The notes under the pieces are model-generated. The model was not told the DNA's origin. It ran no database searches and saw nothing but the letters and a program-made list of their open reading frames with translations. From Microthyrium microscopicum (taxonomy: Eukaryota): DNA of 64,000 nt. Positions 60,454 to 64,000 of the stretch are shown here, piece by piece. Each line of letters opens with the position of its first letter. Positions within the stretch are counted from its first letter, which is position 1. The stretch is from NCBI GenBank assembly GCA_010405405.1, contig MU004232.1, positions 1,879,481 to 1,943,480 on the forward strand, read 5' to 3'. The position numbers and the translations under genes were made by a program.

Positions 60454-63400
60454 ATGAGCTTCTCTGGGATCCAGATCCCCATCTACAATGGATCTTCCAA
60501 TCCCGCGCCAAATCGGCATACGCAACCTTCACAACAAACTAAAAAACAACATGTGCACAAGAGCTTCTCCGGGAGATATCGTGCTCCAACAATGGATGAG
60601 GCGCTGCCTCTTACTCCGCTAGCTGCGACCATACCCTTTTCACAAGGTGAGTCTGTCTACAGCACCTGCCCAAATGACCTTTCAACCTCTGAGGCCCGTT
60701 GGATCTTGAGCTTGCGAGTAGATATTCACCTCGTGTGAAAACTCATGTCCTCAGTTCTCCATCATGCTTTGCAGTCTTCACTACCTTATTTTCACAAGTC
60801 TATCCAATTATCTTCTAACTCACGACAGAAATACTTCCACTCCCTACAGCTATTCCCTCCGACAAGCCAACAATTTATATTGGCGACGATACGTACAATC
60901 AGGCCAAGCAAGGCTTATTACACCTGAATACCCAGGCATCGCAAGAGAGGATCCAACAATCTTTGGACAAGGTGCGGTCGCTCATTCGTGAAGCCAACCT
61001 TACAACGTACCAATTCCGTCCCACGAAGCCCGCTATGGCCCGTCGAAAGTCACAATCTAATGGCGCCAATGATTCACACACGCCTAAGTTGAGCAAGTTT
61101 GCTGGATTCGTCGTCAAGAAGGCTGAATTTCCACATGTTTGTCCCTCAGTCGCAACTCATGGCGACAGCAACGGCAAACTCCCTCCTCCTTCATCGGGTG
61201 CTGCAACTCCGATCAAGAAATCTCAGTCTTCTGTCCCGCGGAAACCACAAGTTCAAGTTCTGATCAACCAGCCATCTTCTCCGGCAATACAGACACCGTC
61301 ACGAACTCCCAGCGTCGCAAACGCCCATAATGGGGTTCCATCGGCAAGCCAATCTAGCTCTGGCGGATTCAAGATTTCTCTCCCGTCGCTGGCTCCAGAA
61401 CAAAGTGCGGCTTTTATTGCTAATGCGGCGCGAGATGCAAAGCTTCAGGCTAGACTGGAGGATCAAGCACAGGCCCCCAAGAGACGAAAGAGAACAGCGG
61501 ATGAGATGAAGCTAAGTTCAACTCAGCAAGAGAAGGCCAATGAGGCTCTGATTGAACTCGAGCGCTTGGCCGATGATATTCTCTACGCCTCCGAATCATA
61601 TCGATTTACTCCCGGAGACTTTAGCGACTATTTCATTCAGACCAGCCTTGTTGGCGATGACAGTCCTCCGATCGTTACACAAGAGAAGCAGAAGATTCTC
61701 CAGAGCTGCATTTCCAAGAACATCAAAGCCGGTGTTTTCGATGATCTACCTGTCGAGCAGGTAATGAAGCTTCTGAAACTATGCTCGGGCACGGTCTCTT
61801 GTTGCTTGGAACTATCTTTTGATCCTCAAGAAGAATCGTTCGACATGGAACTTGAGCTTGCCGCATGCGCCATGCGCGCAAGCCAGATATTGTTGATGAT
61901 CATGACTGCTGAGCGGCCTGAAAAAGAGGTTTATTCTGAAGGAGAGCTGGACACGGTTTTGGAATGCTTTAGGGCCATCATCGAACGATGCATTGAACCA
62001 GTTCTTAAATGTCGTCAGAAAGAAGAGTCATTCAAGCGATATGCAGCCAAAGAGCAACCACTGGATGAGCTCTTCACCATATGTTGCAAGGTTCTTCGTT
62101 TACTTGGCGATCTGGTTTCGAAAGTCAACTTTGCAGAGACTGCAATGAGCTCTGTTGAAGACATCGCTATCAACAAATTGATTTTTGCAGAGAACGCTCC
62201 TTCTCAGAAAGACTCTGTTCTTGGTATCCAACGATTCGAGGCTATGCGTCGCGCGGCAATGGGTGCTATTGTTCAGATATACACTCGACATCCAAATCAG
62301 CGACAGGATCTCTTCAATAGTATTCTAACTTCCTTGGATGACTTACCACAGACTCGACAGCAAGCACGTCAATACAAGCTACCTGATGGGAAACCTATCC
62401 AACTCGTTTCCGCATTGTTAATGCAACTCGTTCAAGCGAGCGCTACCTACTCCGATGCCCAACCAACCCGTCAGCACAAACGTAGAAAGCTCGACGAGGA
62501 AGAATCAAACTCTGACGATTCTGATGACGATGCTCCTATCATGACCCGCCAACGTCTGAACCCAATCGACATGGACAATGCTGTTGACTATGATGTTGAG
62601 AGAGCAGCGACGGAACTCCAAAAGGTTTCTCGTCGGTTGTCTGAAATGTGCAGAGCCGATGCAAACTACGTTGTTCGTGCTCTTGTAGCTAAAGCTCTCA
62701 AACCAAAGAAGACTGGTGATGATGGATTCCGGGCCTTGCTGGACCTTTTCACGGAAGATTTCCTCAGCGTTGTGGATCTTCCTGAATGGCCTGCTGCGCT
62801 CCTGTTTCTACGACTCATGCTTTTACATATGTTTGGCATCTTTCGTGACGAAAAGAACTCAGTACCGCAACGAAACATGGCTCTGGATTTGATGACTCTG
62901 ATGGGCTCGAAAATCGCAGATGTTCAGACGCATACTCTGAACTCGACGCGTGCGTTGGAAAAAAACGCACCCGATGCTGCCAAACGAGTTCAAAAACAAA
63001 CTCAGCTACTCCAGGAAGATCGACTAGACGAACGATCCCTGATTTCATCGAGTGGTCCCTATCGTATCCTATTCGAAAATCTTTCTCGAAGAGTTGGCGA
63101 TTCGCAATCTGATAGTGCACGGGCATTTCTTCTCATCAACTGGGCGGACGCTTCTCTGTCTGACCTAAACAAAAAAGATGAGGATGATGTACCATATGCT
63201 TCCGTTGATGTTCTTCTTTCCATTCGAAACACTATCCCCGACCACGCTTGGATGGGTCGAGAGTACATCTTCGCACCTGCCGATTTTGACCTCGGACGAT
63301 TGGCATACTCTCTCATCATATCGGCTTCTGATTTCTGCAAAGCTCAATCAAAAATTGTCCAGATCATGCTGGAGGCCATGAACTGTCCACAGTCTCAGCT

Positions 63401-64000
63401 CAAAAGCAAAGGACTGAAAAGTATTCCTCAACTCTTGGAGAAAACCCCTCGTATGTTACAAGGCCATAGTAGAGTCCTTGCAGCCATCATCACGAGCGTG
63501 GAAGACTCTTCTCCCCTTGTGCGACTCTCCGCCCTCGGTCTTCTTGAAAAATGCATGGCCATCAACCCGTCCATTGAAGCCGACGCAGTCAGCAAAATTC
63601 TGGCCCTATCGGCCGATGAAAACGTGGGCATTCGAAAACGTTGCATTAAAATGCTTAAAGACCTATATTTGAAGCACGATGAACTTGACTTTCGCGCCAA
63701 AATTTCAGGGGCAATACTCAGTCGGGTCAGGGATCTCGAAGAGAGCGTTAAGGAGATTGCCAAACAATGTCAAGAAGAGCTCTGGCTTGTTCCTTTCCAC
63801 AACGAAAATATCTCAAAGGACCCTGTTCAGGCTAAACTAGCACTCATCAACCAAGTCAAGCTTGTTGTTCGTACCTTATCCAGAGAGAGGGATGGTTTAA
63901 CTACATTCGAAAGCTTATTGGCTATTTCTCTTGGAGAAAATTCAAAAACCAAACAAGCAAATCTCAAAGTCTGCAAGACCATTGTGGCCTATATGTTCGA
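60454..64000 (+). CDS. SCC2: Cohesin loader Scc2/Mis4/Nipped-B, 5' part; intron 60647-60828; runs off the window end
   Basis: TMDEALPLTPL N-terminal motif; long open frame with RQYKLPDGKPIQLVSALLMQLVQ, LFTEDFLSVVDLPEWPAA, DSSPLVR, VGIRKRCIK, RVRDLEESV HEAT segments. Confidence 0.92.

Overview
Gene-dense eukaryotic DNA from a filamentous ascomycete (Pezizomycotina), judged by short GT-AG introns with CTRAY branch sites and fungal protein families. About 26 protein-coding genes are supported. Housekeeping genes: probable Vps9 (partial), an ASNSD1-like protein, Apc15, an aldehyde dehydrogenase, a Nudix hydrolase, She9/Mdm33, a catalase, a Dpb3-like histone-fold protein, a CLC transporter, an LtrA-family protein, a hemerythrin, DOHH/Lia1, Rpa12 and Scc2 (partial). 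An accessory-looking block (28-44 kb) holds four diverged co-oriented F-box-like paralogs interleaved with the catalase and a small secreted protein. Invisible to the ORF track is a minus-strand non-coding host transcript (~53.5-54.4 kb). Its introns carry snR55- and snR61-like C/D snoRNAs plus an unusually long (~250 nt), structured, atypical C/D RNA. Other highlights: a catalytically degenerate Nudix duplicate with a K-Ras-like polybasic CaaX tail; a 93-bp-arm hairpin inside a paralog-specific 451-nt intron; a 4x28-aa repeat insertion in She9; and a secreted N/Q/G-repeat protein with Kex2-like sites. All assignments come from reading the sequence and recalled family motifs; no searches were run.
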